From positions 38,754-102,753 of the forward strand of contig CALLFZ010000020.1 in NCBI GenBank assembly GCA_938010045.1: DNA of 64,000 nt, written 5' to 3'. The notes beneath the pieces are model-generated. The model saw only the letters and a program-made list of their open reading frames with translations, made no database searches and was not told where the DNA came from. Positions 10,492 through 20,217 of the stretch are shown piece after piece (positions within the stretch are counted from its first letter, which is position 1; every line of letters starts with the position of its first letter). This DNA comes from an uncultured bacterium (lineage in GTDB: Bacteria; Verrucomicrobiota; Kiritimatiellia; PWTM01). The translations under genes and the position numbers were made by a program.

Positions 10492-11444
10492 GCGCGGGCC
10501 TCCAGCAACCAAGGGTTCGCTCGCAGATAGCGCAACGTCCGGACCACCGCGTCGCGGATCGAGAGCTTCGGCGTCCAGCCGAGCGACCGAATCCGCCGTG
10601 TGTCGAGGAAAATGAACGGGCTATCGCCCACCCAGCCGCGAATGCCGCCCGTGTAGCGCAGTCGCGGCCTCACCCCCAGCTCCTCGCAGATCCAACGAAC
10701 AGAGTCGTTCACCTCGCAGTACTCGTCGGCACCGAGGTTGAAAATGTTCACGCGGTGGTCGGCCCGTTCGATCGCGAGCCGCATCGCGTCAATACAGTCC
10801 TGCACGTAGAGATAGGACTTGCGCTGATGTCCATCGCCGAGCACCTCGAGCTCCCCGGGGTTGATGAGCAGCTTGCGGTAAAAGTCGAAGACGTGGCCGT
10901 GCGAGTAGTGCTCTCCGAGGATCGAAACGAAGCGGAAGATCCACGCCTGAAATCCAAACCCCTCGCAGTAGGCCTCAATCAGTCCCTCGCCGGCCAGCTT
11001 CGATGCGCCATACAGCGAGGTTTGCACTGGGAACGGCGCATCTTCGGGCGTTGGAAAGACCTCCGGTTCCCCGTAGATCGAGCCGGTCGAGGCGAACGCG
11101 ATTCTCCGTACGCCCGTCGTCCGCATCGCCTCGAGCACGTGGAAGGTGCCGATTGTGTTCTGTTCGAGATCCCGGCGCGGATGCTCGGTGCCGAACCGTA
11201 CATCCGCATTTGCCGCCAGATGCACCACCAGGTCCACCCCGTCCGTCGCGGCCGTGATCGCGGCCGGATCCAATAGATCGCCGCGCAGCAGCTCGAAGTT
11301 CGGCGCCTGGCGCACCGCATCGAGAAACCGCTCCTGGCCGGTGGAGAAGTTGTCGAAGACCCGAACTCGGTGACCCTCGTGGATGAGTCGCTGCGCGAGA
11401 TTGCTGCCGATGAATCCGGCGCCGCCGGTGATCAGGACCTTCAT
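10488..11444 (-). CDS. NAD-dependent nucleotide-sugar epimerase/dehydratase
   Basis: TGGAGFIGS, HLAANAD, YGASK, GDGHQRKSYLYV. Confidence 0.92.
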   Translation of the reverse strand: MKVLITGGAGFIGSNLAQRLIHEGHRVRVFDNFSTGQERFLDAVRQAPNFELLRGDLLDPAAITAATDGVDLVVHLAANADVRFGTEHPRRDLEQNTIGTFHVLEAMRTTGVRRIAFASTGSIYGEPEVFPTPEDAPFPVQTSLYGASKLAGEGLIEAYCEGFGFQAWIFRFVSILGEHYSHGHVFDFYRKLLINPGELEVLGDGHQRKSYLYVQDCIDAMRLAIERADHRVNIFNLGADEYCEVNDSVRWICEELGVRPRLRYTGGIRGWVGDSPFIFLDTRRIRSLGWTPKLSIRDAVVRTLRYLRANPWLLEARA

Positions 11445-12568
11445 GATGACCGGGAATCCGTCGGTTGTGTCGGGGCGGCGGCCGCCGCCAGCAGCTCGTC
11501 CACCGCCGCCTCGACGAGCCTCTCATCGAGCTCCTCGAGGCATGCCATTGGGCGCTCGTGCGTGCAACGAATGCCGTGTTTCGAGAAAAAATAGCAGGGG
11601 CTGCAGGCGAGACCAAGCCGGACGATTCGGCACGGCACCCCGTAGGGTCCGGTGGCGCGCGGATCGGTGGGGCCGACGATCTCGACGGTGGGCACGCCCA
11701 TGGCGGCCGCCACATGAGTCAGCAGCGTATCCCCGCACACGAACACCGCCATGCGCCGGATCAGCGCCGCGGTATCGAGAACCTGCCCGTCCGGCGCGGC
11801 CGTAATCCGCGCCGGGCCAAGGCCGGACCGTCGAGCCACCTCGTCGCGCAACGGCCGTTCCTCGGCGCTGCCGAACAGCAGTATGCGCGCCTCCGGGTGA
11901 CGCGACACCACGCGCCGGGCCAGTTCTGCCCAACGTGCGACCGGCCACCGTTTGAGAATCAGGTTCTTCGTGGTGCCCGACCCGGGATGGAAGCCAATCC
12001 ATGGCTGCCCGAGCGCGCCCAGCGACCGAAGCGCCGCCTCCGCGCGCGCTTCGTGATCCGGCTGCGGGAACAGCCGCGGCATGTGCGGGGGCGATCCTTT
12101 GAGCGGCAGGCCCAGCCCCTCGGTGAGGAGGCGCAGGTTGTTGTCGACGACATGGAGGCGGCGATCCTCCCGGACCACATTCGTCAGCAGCAGGCGCGGC
12201 CGCGCGCCGCAATTGCACATGAACTCGAAGCCAACGCGTTGTCGCGCGCCGATCAAAAACGTGATCAGGTTATACTCCAACCGGTTCTGCGGCATCACTG
12301 TGAACGAGAGGTCATAGTGCCGACGGCGCAGGCGGAGGCACTCGAGCACCGAGCGCCTTCGCCCGGCGGCCATGAAATCGAAGCCGAGCACCTCGTCCAC
12401 CGCAGGGTTGTGGGCGAGCACCTCGCGGGGCGGCGTCCCCTGCATGGTCAGCACCTCGATGCGCGCTCTCGGAAAGTGCCGCCGGACCTCGGCGATCAGC
12501 GGGGTCGCCAGCAGCGTGTCGCCCGCGCCGGCCAACGAGAGAACGAGGATTCGCCGGGGAACCGTCAT
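11441..12568 (-). CDS. Glycosyltransferase family 9 (heptosyltransferase-like)
   Basis: LAGAGDTLLATP, FHPGSG, KRWP, GDTLLTHVAAAMGVPTV, GPTDP. Confidence 0.9.
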   Translation of the reverse strand: MTVPRRILVLSLAGAGDTLLATPLIAEVRRHFPRARIEVLTMQGTPPREVLAHNPAVDEVLGFDFMAAGRRRSVLECLRLRRRHYDLSFTVMPQNRLEYNLITFLIGARQRVGFEFMCNCGARPRLLLTNVVREDRRLHVVDNNLRLLTEGLGLPLKGSPPHMPRLFPQPDHEARAEAALRSLGALGQPWIGFHPGSGTTKNLILKRWPVARWAELARRVVSRHPEARILLFGSAEERPLRDEVARRSGLGPARITAAPDGQVLDTAALIRRMAVFVCGDTLLTHVAAAMGVPTVEIVGPTDPRATGPYGVPCRIVRLGLACSPCYFFSKHGIRCTHERPMACLEELDERLVEAAVDELLAAAAAPTQPTDSRSS

Positions 12569-13806
12569 GCTCCCGGCGCCTCCCGCCAGAGCCACGCCAC
12601 ACGCGCGCCGAGCGCAACGAGCGCGGCCATACCGGCCACGGCCATCGCGGAAATCATCGCGTGCGGGTCATCCGCGCACCGGCCGAGCAGCACGGCAATG
12701 TACGCCGCCGCGACCGGCGCGAGCGCGGCGGCCGGTGCGCGCACCTGCTGTCGCGCCCACAGGTACTGCATCACGACGGTCGTCAGGGCCATCGGAATGA
12801 CCGACCACGCGTAGGCCCGCAGCAGCCGGATCATCACCGTGGTCTCCACGCCGTACATCGCCCGCAGCGCGAAGCCGGGTGCCACCGTAACCGCCGCCGC
12901 CAACGCCCCTGAGAGCGCGAGCGCCATGCCGGCCGGCTGCAGGAGCATGCGACGGCGGTCCGAGACTACCGCTCTGGGAAACATGGCCAGCACCAGGGGC
13001 ATCGGTAGAAACAAAACCGATCGGGCCAGCATCGCGGCCTTGCCATAGGCGGAGAAGACCGGGCCGTGCAAGAGGCGGGGCGCCAGAATGAGGTCAGCGT
13101 TCATCAGCGCGTACACGACGAACTGCCCGCCGGCCACCGGCAAACAATAACGGGCGAAGGGCCCAAGGCTCAGCCGTTCGGCGGGAGCCCGTCTCACCAC
13201 TTCGCGCAGCGGCCACAGCCCCACAAGCACGCCCGCCGCGACACTGGCCGCGTACACCCCGAGCATCGCTGCCGCGTCGCCGCCTGCGCGCGCCACCGGC
13301 CACGCCAGCCCCAGCCGTACCAACCCGGGCGCAAGCCCCGCCGCCGCCATCCAGCCAAACCGCTGCGCCCCCTGCAACGCGCCAGACACCAGCGGCGCAT
13401 AGAGGCTAATCCAAGCGATCACCCCCACCCACCACAGCGCGCCCACGCGCGAGACGCGTAACCACGCGTGCATCGGCGCCGCCGCGGCCCCCCACACCAG
13501 CAAGAGCAGCGCCCCCGTCATCGTGACCACCCGCGCCACGGAACCCACCAGGCGCCCCCACATCGCCTCGTCGCGCGCATGACAGTATTCCGCCGCATAC
13601 CGCGCCACCGCCACCTGCAGCGCGGCCGACGGCACCAGTACGATCCAGAGCAACCCCAGAAGGGATGCAAACGCGGCGTATTCGGTCGGCGCCATCCATC
13701 GGCCCGCGACCATGTGGACCGCGAGAAACAACAGCCCCGCGAGGCCGTTGCTCACGATCATCACGGCGGAATCGCGCGCAAGGCCGAGGTCCCACCGCAG
13801 TTTCAT
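12565..13806 (-). CDS. Oligosaccharide flippase (Wzx/MATE-like polytopic membrane protein)
   Basis: Many hydrophobic segments; GRWMAPTEYAAF, GALQGAQRF, NADLIL; head of glycan cluster. Confidence 0.75.
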   Translation of the reverse strand: MKLRWDLGLARDSAVMIVSNGLAGLLFLAVHMVAGRWMAPTEYAAFASLLGLLWIVLVPSAALQVAVARYAAEYCHARDEAMWGRLVGSVARVVTMTGALLLLVWGAAAAPMHAWLRVSRVGALWWVGVIAWISLYAPLVSGALQGAQRFGWMAAAGLAPGLVRLGLAWPVARAGGDAAAMLGVYAASVAAGVLVGLWPLREVVRRAPAERLSLGPFARYCLPVAGGQFVVYALMNADLILAPRLLHGPVFSAYGKAAMLARSVLFLPMPLVLAMFPRAVVSDRRRMLLQPAGMALALSGALAAAVTVAPGFALRAMYGVETTVMIRLLRAYAWSVIPMALTTVVMQYLWARQQVRAPAAALAPVAAAYIAVLLGRCADDPHAMISAMAVAGMAALVALGARVAWLWREAPGA

Positions 13807-13840
13807 CCCGCTGCCCGTCCCCCGCGCGCCGCCAGCGCCC

Positions 13841-14488
13841 TTACCTGGCGGCGGAGGGCATCTGCGGATCGTGCCGCCGCTCAAACGCCGCGATCTCCGG
13901 CTCGAACTCCAACGTCTGCCGGATCTCGTCCAGCCCCTCCATCAGCGTTCGCCGAGCCGCCTCATCCATCGAAAACCGAAACTCGAGGGGTTGTGGCGTG
14001 TGGAGCGTCACGGTCATGCGCTCGAGATCCACCGTGGCTTCGAGTCCCTCCCGGGCCGCGGTCTCGCGGGCGATCGCCTCGACCTCCGGCTCCGAGAGCT
14101 CGACGGTGACCAGTCCGTTGCGGGTCGCGTTGCTCCGGAAAATCTCGGCAAACGCCGCGACCCGCTCCCCGTCGCGCATCTGCCAGGGGGCGATCACAGC
14201 ACGAAACCCGTACTGCTGGATCGCCCACACCGCATGCTCCCGGCTCGAGCCGCAGCCGAAATTATTCCGGACCACCAGGATGCTGGCGCCCGCGAACCGC
14301 GGCTGATTCAGCTCGAACGCAGGATTGGGCGAGCCGTCGGGTAGATACCGCCAGTCGAAAAACAGCGCCGGCGCGAAGCCGGTACGCCGAACCGACTTCA
14401 AGAACTGCTTGGGGATGATCTGGTCCGTATCCACGTTCGCCCGATCCAGCATGGCAACGCGGCCGCGATGACGAAGAAACGGTTCCAT
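13841..14488 (-). CDS. leuD: 3-isopropylmalate dehydratase small subunit
   Basis: NVDTDQIIPKQFL, NFGCGSSREHA. Confidence 0.97.
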   Translation of the reverse strand: MEPFLRHRGRVAMLDRANVDTDQIIPKQFLKSVRRTGFAPALFFDWRYLPDGSPNPAFELNQPRFAGASILVVRNNFGCGSSREHAVWAIQQYGFRAVIAPWQMRDGERVAAFAEIFRSNATRNGLVTVELSEPEVEAIARETAAREGLEATVDLERMTVTLHTPQPLEFRFSMDEAARRTLMEGLDEIRQTLEFEPEIAAFERRHDPQMPSAAR

Positions 14489-14512
14489 CTCGTCGCTCCC
14501 CTCGAATGGTCC

Positions 14513-15916
14513 TCAAGCGGCCCAGTGTCTCAGGTCAACGAACCGACCGGCGATCGCGGCGGCGGCGGCCATCGCCGGGCTCACCAGGTGGGTACGTCCC
14601 CCCTTGCCCTGGCGGCCCTCGAAGTTGCGATTCGAGGTCGCGGCACAGCGTTCGCCCTCCGCGAGCCGGTCAGGGTTCATCGCTAGACACATGCTGCACC
14701 CCTGCCGGCGCCATTCGAACCCCGCCGCGCGGAAGATGCGGTCGAGCCCCTCGGCCTCCGCTTGACGCCGCACCTGCGCGGAGCCCGGCACCACCATCGC
14801 GCGCACTCCCGCCGCGACGCGACGGCCATGCGCGACCCGCGCCGCCTCGCGCAAATCCTCGATGCGGCCGTTCGTACAGCTTCCAATGAACACCACCTGC
14901 ACCGGAACCTCGGTCATGCGCTGGCCCGGCCGCAATCCCATGTAGCGGAGCGCCCGCTCGGCGTCCTGCCGGCTGTAGCCCGGCACCCGGTCCGGTTCGG
15001 GAATCGGCTGGTCCACGTCCACCACCATCCCAGGACTCGTACCCCACGTCACCTGCGGCGCCACCTGGTCGGCCGCGATCGTCACCTCGCGGTCGTACCG
15101 GGCGTCGGGATCGGAGGCCAGCATTCGCCAACGCTCGATCGCCCGCTCCAGCGCCGCCCCGCGCGGGGCATACGGCCGATCCCCCGTGGCGATGAACTGA
15201 AAGGTCGTCTCATCCGGGGCCACCAGCCCCGCCCGCGCCCCGGCCTCAATGCTCATGTTGCAGATCGTCATCCGGCCTTCCATCGACATCGCCCGCACCG
15301 CCTCACCCGCGTACTCCAGCACGAAGCCCGTCGCACCCGCCGTGCCGATGGTGCCAATCAACTTCAAAATGAGATCTTTGGGCGTCACCGGCGGACGCAG
15401 ACGGCCGGCGAACTCCACGCGGAATACCTTGGACTTGCGCTGGCGTAGTGTCTGCGTCGCCAGGACGTGCTCAACCTCGGAGGTGCCGATCCCAAACGCC
15501 AGCGCACCAAACGCGCCGTGTGTCGCGGTGTGGGAATCGCCGCACACGATCGTCGTCCCCGGCAGCGTCAGCCCAAGCTCAGGACCAATGATGTGCACGA
15601 TGCCGTTGCGCTCATCATCCAGGCCGAACAACCGAATGCGAAACTCCCGACAGTTCGCCTCGAGCGCCGCGATCTGCTCGCGCGCGACCGGATCGCTGAT
15701 CTCGCGCCACTCGTCCGTCGGCACGTTGTGATCCATCGTCGCAAACGTCAGATCCGGCCGTCGAACCCGCCGACCCGCCAACCGCAAACCGTCGAACGCC
15801 TGCGGACTGGTCACCTCGTGCACCAGATGCCGGTCAATGTAGAGAAGAGCCGTGCCATCACCGAAGTCTCTGACAACGTGGCACTCCCAAACTTTTTCGT
15901 ACGTGGTTCGACTCAT
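14513..15916 (-). CDS. leuC: 3-isopropylmalate dehydratase large subunit
   Basis: [42 protein letters not shown]; start re-assigned to ATG at 15916. Confidence 0.97.
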   Translation of the reverse strand: MSRTTYEKVWECHVVRDFGDGTALLYIDRHLVHEVTSPQAFDGLRLAGRRVRRPDLTFATMDHNVPTDEWREISDPVAREQIAALEANCREFRIRLFGLDDERNGIVHIIGPELGLTLPGTTIVCGDSHTATHGAFGALAFGIGTSEVEHVLATQTLRQRKSKVFRVEFAGRLRPPVTPKDLILKLIGTIGTAGATGFVLEYAGEAVRAMSMEGRMTICNMSIEAGARAGLVAPDETTFQFIATGDRPYAPRGAALERAIERWRMLASDPDARYDREVTIAADQVAPQVTWGTSPGMVVDVDQPIPEPDRVPGYSRQDAERALRYMGLRPGQRMTEVPVQVVFIGSCTNGRIEDLREAARVAHGRRVAAGVRAMVVPGSAQVRRQAEAEGLDRIFRAAGFEWRRQGCSMCLAMNPDRLAEGERCAATSNRNFEGRQGKGGRTHLVSPAMAAAAAIAGRFVDLRHWAA

Positions 15917-15925
15917 GAGCCTGAC

Positions 15926-15954
15926 ATCATACGGCCCGAAATACCGATGCGCAA
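15926..15954 (-). promoter_or_regulatory. Sigma70-type promoter for leuC (near-leaderless)
   Basis: Minus strand TTGCGC-N17-TATGAT, ending 9 nt before the leuC ATG. Confidence 0.6.
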
Positions 15955-16046
15955 GCGACCACCCACGATTCCCGTGCCCCCACGTCCGACGCCGCCGAAC
16001 CCTGCAGACGGACGGCCGAACGGACGGCAGGTTTCGAAACGGTGTT

Positions 16047-16091
16047 TCCAAGGATTGGACGATGATACCGAGCAGCCATCCAAACCTTGGA
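16047..16091. repeat. Pair of TCCAA-N3-TTGGA palindromes 32 nt apart
   Basis: tccaaggattgga (16047) and tccaaaccttgga (16079); they are also near-perfect inverted copies of each other. Confidence 0.7.
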
Positions 16092-16320
16092 CGCGACTCA
16101 ATCGCGGGCGGCCCCACCGTAGGGGGAACCGGCCGCCCACCTCGGCGCCGTGCCGCGGCCAACTCACAACACCTCGGCCATCCGTGGCGCCGACGTCGCT
16201 GGGCACTTCCGCTCCGACGCCCGCGATCTGCAAGGCGGTATTCTGCGGCGTACATGGCTGGCCGGATCGTTTCCGAGCTCCGGCGCCGGAGCGGTGCCTG
16301 CGAGCCGGCGGGGTTGTCCG

Positions 16321-16354
16321 GTGCCTGTCGCCGCTCTTCGGTGGGGACAGGCAC
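16321..16354. repeat. REP-like hairpin of the GGGGACAGGCAC family
   Basis: gtgcctgtcgccgc-tcttcg-gtggggacaggcac. Confidence 0.75.
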
Positions 16355-16517
16355 AAGTACAAAATCGGCGCGGGTCCAGCTGGGCCATCGGCGCGCCGGG
16401 CACGGTACAGCGCCGAGTGCTGATCCGCCCCGCCCGATGCGCTGACACGAAACGGTACTCCGCGAAGCCCAGAGAGTCCCACCGAGCGGCCGAAGCGCAG
16501 ATGGTCGAGCGCCGGGA

Positions 16518-16594
16518 TGGTGCGCCTGCCGCGGATCGAACGCGGAACCTTCAGCTCCGGAGGCTGACGCTCTGTCCAATTGAGCTACAGGCGC
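16518..16594 (-). tRNA. tRNA-Arg (anticodon CCG), CCA encoded
   Basis: Reverse complement GCGCCTG TAGCTCAATTGGACAGAGC GTCAGC CTCCGGA GCTGA AGGTT CCGCG TTCGATC CGCGG CAGGCGC A CCA folds as a cloverleaf. Confidence 0.97.
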
Positions 16595-16658
16595 ACGCGA
16601 GCGGCTAAGTTTCGCACGCGCGGCGGGGCTTGGCAAACTGGGTCGAACCCCGTCCCGA

Positions 16659-17741
16659 TCAACCGTTGGCGGCCTGAAACTCCCGCATGAACTCGATCAG
16701 CGCGTCCACACCGGCCGGCGGGAACGCGTTGTAGATCGAGGCACGAATGCCTCCGACGGACCGGTGCCCCTTCAGCCCCTTGAGCCCGCGTGCGGCAGCC
16801 TCTTTCACGAACTTCTCCTCCAGCGCCTCGTTCGGAAGCCGCCAGGTCACGTTCATGATCGAGCGATGCTCGGGCACCGCCGTCCCTCGATAAAAACCGC
16901 TGGACGCATCGATCGCCGCATACAGTTTCGCCGCCTTTTCGCGATTGCGGCGCTCGATCCCTTCAACGCCACCCTGCGCGATCAGCCACCGGGTCGTCAG
17001 CATGATCATGTAGATCGTGAACGTCGGTGGCGTGTTGTAGAGCGACTGCTCCGCGGCATGCGTGCGGTACCGAAAGAAGATGGGGACGTCCTCCGGACAC
17101 CGCTCGAGCAGGTCTTTGCGAATCACGACCACGGCGCAACCGGCAGGGCCAAGATTTTTCTGCGCGCCGGCATAGATCAGCCCGAACTGCCGCACGTCCA
17201 TTGCCCGGGAGAGAAAGTCCGACGACATGTCCGCGACCAGCGGCGTCGGCGTCGTCGGGAACACGGCCCACTGCGTGCCCGCGATCGTTTCGTTCGATGT
17301 GAGGTGGACGTAGGCGGCATCGGGCGAGAAGGTGAGGCTCTCGAGTGCCGGTAGGCGGGTGGGGATGTCCTTTGAGGTGTCGGCCACGACCCGCACCGAC
17401 CCGCGCACTTTGGCCTCCTTGATCGCCTTCGAAGCCCATGCGCCCGAGTTCACGTATTCCGCGATCTGGCCGGGGGTGAGGAGATTCAGCGGCACCATCG
17501 CGAACTGGGCACTCGCGCCACCCTGGAGGAACAACACGTCGTAGTCCTCCGGCAGATGGAGCAACCGCCGCAGGTTCGCGATCGCCTCCTCATGCACCGC
17601 CGCGTATTCCTTGCCGCGGTGGCTCATCTCCATGATCGACATTCCGCTGCCGTGGTAGTCGAACAGCTCTCGCTGCGCCTCGAGCAACGCTTCCTCCGGC
17701 AGCACCGCCGGTCCGGCCCCGAAGTTGTACACTCGCGCCAT
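16659..17741 (-). CDS. serC: Phosphoserine aminotransferase
   Basis: [59 protein letters not shown]. Confidence 0.97.
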   Translation of the reverse strand: MARVYNFGAGPAVLPEEALLEAQRELFDYHGSGMSIMEMSHRGKEYAAVHEEAIANLRRLLHLPEDYDVLFLQGGASAQFAMVPLNLLTPGQIAEYVNSGAWASKAIKEAKVRGSVRVVADTSKDIPTRLPALESLTFSPDAAYVHLTSNETIAGTQWAVFPTTPTPLVADMSSDFLSRAMDVRQFGLIYAGAQKNLGPAGCAVVVIRKDLLERCPEDVPIFFRYRTHAAEQSLYNTPPTFTIYMIMLTTRWLIAQGGVEGIERRNREKAAKLYAAIDASSGFYRGTAVPEHRSIMNVTWRLPNEALEEKFVKEAAARGLKGLKGHRSVGGIRASIYNAFPPAGVDALIEFMREFQAANG

Positions 17742-17793
17742 TTGTAATTCTCCCGATTCGCGGACCGGCGTTCGCCGGCCGAAACGAACGGGG

Positions 17794-17822
17794 AGCATAC
17801 CCCGGCCGTCGCTCACCGGCAA
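17794..17822 (-). promoter_or_regulatory. Sigma70-type promoter for serC
   Basis: Minus strand TTGCCG-N17-TATGCT. Confidence 0.55.
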
Positions 17823-17966
17823 TCGCCGACCCTCCGCAGGTCGCCGCCCCATGTCGAGCTGCGGTTCCATAGTTGGTCGGAGGGGACTCCGGATCGCGCC
17901 TGCCGGAAACCATGCGCAGGCACCGACTCGCTCGCCGCCACGCACCACCACACGGGCAGTGCTTGA

Positions 17967-18404
17967 TTACCGCGCGATGATCACGATGAGCGTCGTCCCC
18001 TCGCGGCTCGCCAATCCCGAAAACACCAAGGGTACACCGCGCCGCAAGCCCACCTGCGTCTGCACCACCACTCTCCCCCGTTGCTCAATCGTGAGCACAA
18101 GGCGATCCAAATCGCCGTGGCACCGCGCCACCACATCCGCCCCCACGTTGACGGCCGCGCCATCCGCCGGCAGCGAGATCGACGCCGACCCAGCGAGCCG
18201 AAACTGCGAATACTGCAAATGCCGCCGGAGCAGCGGTTCGACGTCTCGCAGCGCGCCGTCCACCTCGGCCGGCCCCGACGAGGCCGTCACCGCCCTCAGC
18301 AGCAGCGTCGCACCCGCCGCAGGCCGCGCCGCGGATCCGACCAGCCACAGCGCGGCGAGCCCCGCGATCAGCGGGAGCCGATGACCGCACCTCCAACGTC
18401 TCAT
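17967..18404 (-). CDS. Hypothetical exported protein in ECF sigma operon
   Basis: Signal-peptide-like N-terminus; ATGA-coupled to upstream gene. Confidence 0.65.
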   Translation of the reverse strand: MRRWRCGHRLPLIAGLAALWLVGSAARPAAGATLLLRAVTASSGPAEVDGALRDVEPLLRRHLQYSQFRLAGSASISLPADGAAVNVGADVVARCHGDLDRLVLTIEQRGRVVVQTQVGLRRGVPLVFSGLASREGTTLIVIIAR

Positions 18405-18748
18405 CGTCCCGTCTCCGTCACCGCCAGCCCATCAATCGCGACGATCATCCCCGAGGTGACCTCATCATACACGACGACCACGCCGGAATGCGGCACGCCG
18501 ATTTGAATCGAATCGAGCCGGACCCCGGCGGCACGCGCGTTCGATCCGAACCACGGCAGCGCAACGACGGCGGCCGCCGCGAGCGCCACCGCGACGCCGG
18601 CCGCCAGTGGGCTCGGTCGCCACATGAACGCCGATTCGGCCCTCGGCCGGTCGGCCGCACGGGCTCGGAACTCCGCCCAGAACTCATCGGGCGGTCGCAT
18701 CCGGGATGGCCGCGACCGCAAGGCCTCCAAAGGCATGCGCCGTTTCAT
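18401..18748 (-). CDS. Putative single-TM anti-sigma factor-like protein
   Basis: PPDEFWAEF segment, one TM helix, translationally coupled to the ECF sigma gene. Confidence 0.6.
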   Translation of the reverse strand: MKRRMPLEALRSRPSRMRPPDEFWAEFRARAADRPRAESAFMWRPSPLAAGVAVALAAAAVVALPWFGSNARAAGVRLDSIQIGVPHSGVVVVYDEVTSGMIVAIDGLAVTETGR

Positions 18749-19323
18749 CCTGCGGCCTCCTTGTGCCCGCGCTTCTCCAGCTGGTCCCAGATGGCGCGCA
18801 ATTTCCGCTTTGCGTTGAAGAGTCGCGACATCACCGTGCCGATGGGCACCCCCGCCGCGGCCGCAATTTCGCCGTAGCTCAGACCATCTCCGTAACGCAT
18901 CAACAGCACCTGTCGGTGAGGCGCGTCGAGCCTTGCCAGGGCACTCCGCAGCATCAACACAGAATCCCGGGTCTCCGCCTCCTCCGAGGGCGATGAGGCC
19001 GTGGGATCGTCCACGTCGAACACGACGGGATCATCGGACGTCTCGCCGCTCAATGACGACGTCGGACGCGCCGTTCTCCGTCTCAGCAGGTCGAGACAGG
19101 CGTTGCGCGCGATGCGGAGGATCCACGTCTTCAGCGACGCACCGCCGCGGTAACCCGGCAAATGCGTCCACGCCCGCAGATAGGTTTCCATCACGACATC
19201 CTCCGCATCCGAGTCGCCCACCAGCCGACGCGCCACGGCGTGGACCAGGGGGCGCAGCGGTTCGAAGAGTCGAACGAACGCTTCGACGTCGCCGCCCCGG
19301 GCCCGCCGCAGCCGCGAGCTCAT
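18745..19323 (-). CDS. ECF RNA polymerase sigma-70 factor
   Basis: DAEDVVMETY, TWILRIARNACLD, LSYGEIA...GTVMSRLFNAK. Confidence 0.93.
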   Translation of the reverse strand: MSSRLRRARGGDVEAFVRLFEPLRPLVHAVARRLVGDSDAEDVVMETYLRAWTHLPGYRGGASLKTWILRIARNACLDLLRRRTARPTSSLSGETSDDPVVFDVDDPTASSPSEEAETRDSVLMLRSALARLDAPHRQVLLMRYGDGLSYGEIAAAAGVPIGTVMSRLFNAKRKLRAIWDQLEKRGHKEAAG

Positions 19324-19507
19324 CGCCGCCTACTCCGAATGGACGCGCTCCGCGTGGCGATATTCATCGTGAGCCTCACGTCGCCTCACCGCGCATGAAT
19401 TTCGCCTCGCTCCGCCGGCGGATCAACCCCCCTCGCCCGGCGCAAACCCGAACGAAGACGACCGGACGGCTCGTTTGGCGCCCGGCCATGGGTCCCGGGT
19501 GAACGGT

Positions 19508-20203
19508 TCAGCCTGGTGCAACCAGCGGCCCTGGGCCGGTCCGCTTCCGAATCCCGCGTTGGATCACCCGCCCGCTCCAATGCACACGTCCGGATACGCG
19601 CAGCTCGCGTAGCAATCGCGACAGCGTTTCCGGCGCAATCCCGAGGGCCGAGGCAACGTCGCGCCGCGTCAGCCGGGTTTCGATGCGGAGGGCCGAACCA
19701 AATTGCTCATCCAGAAAGCGTTCAAATCGAGCCGCCAGATCGGCGACCGGCGCGGCCGCCGCGCGCTCGGCCAGATGGCGCAGCTTGCGAGACATCATCG
19801 CAAGGAAGTCATCTCGGAAAGCCTCGTCCCGCAGCAACGCGCGCACGTCGGGCGTCGGAATGACGAACATCACCCCCGGTTCCAGCACGGTCGCCGTCGC
19901 CGGGTAGGTGGGCATCTCGAACAACACGGCTTCCGCAAAGGTCTCGCCGGGCCGCACCATCTTCAGGACATGCTCGCGACCGTCCGGCCCGCGGCGGGCG
20001 AGCCGAACGCGTCCGCTGTGGCAAACCCAAAGGCCGACCGCCGGCTCACCTTCGCGAAACAGCACGTCCCCACGAGACACCGTGCGCAACCCGCACACGT
20101 GGGCCAGCGCCCGTCTCGACGACCCGGAGAGGCCGGCGAAGAAGGTGGTCTGCGCCAGCACCGCGGCCGGATCGGGCCGGGCGGCGCGCCCCCCGCGAGT
20201 CAC
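19508..20203 (-). CDS. Crp/Fnr-family transcriptional regulator
   Basis: LFREGEP, PGETFAEAVLF, YPATA, HTH LGIAPETLSRLL; GTG start inferred. Confidence 0.9.
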   Translation of the reverse strand: MTRGGRAARPDPAAVLAQTTFFAGLSGSSRRALAHVCGLRTVSRGDVLFREGEPAVGLWVCHSGRVRLARRGPDGREHVLKMVRPGETFAEAVLFEMPTYPATATVLEPGVMFVIPTPDVRALLRDEAFRDDFLAMMSRKLRHLAERAAAAPVADLAARFERFLDEQFGSALRIETRLTRRDVASALGIAPETLSRLLRELRVSGRVHWSGRVIQRGIRKRTGPGPLVAPG

Positions 20204-20217
20204 CTCGGATCCTCGTC

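Noticed and set aside
16518..16594. tRNA-anchored integrative element
   Set aside because: No integrase next to the tRNA and no duplicated tRNA 3' end was seen; the flanks are serC and leuC.
15917..16636. 240-aa N-terminal extension of LeuC in the ORF track
   Set aside because: It runs through the tRNA and repeat DNA; LeuC homology starts at ATG 15916, which has its own promoter.
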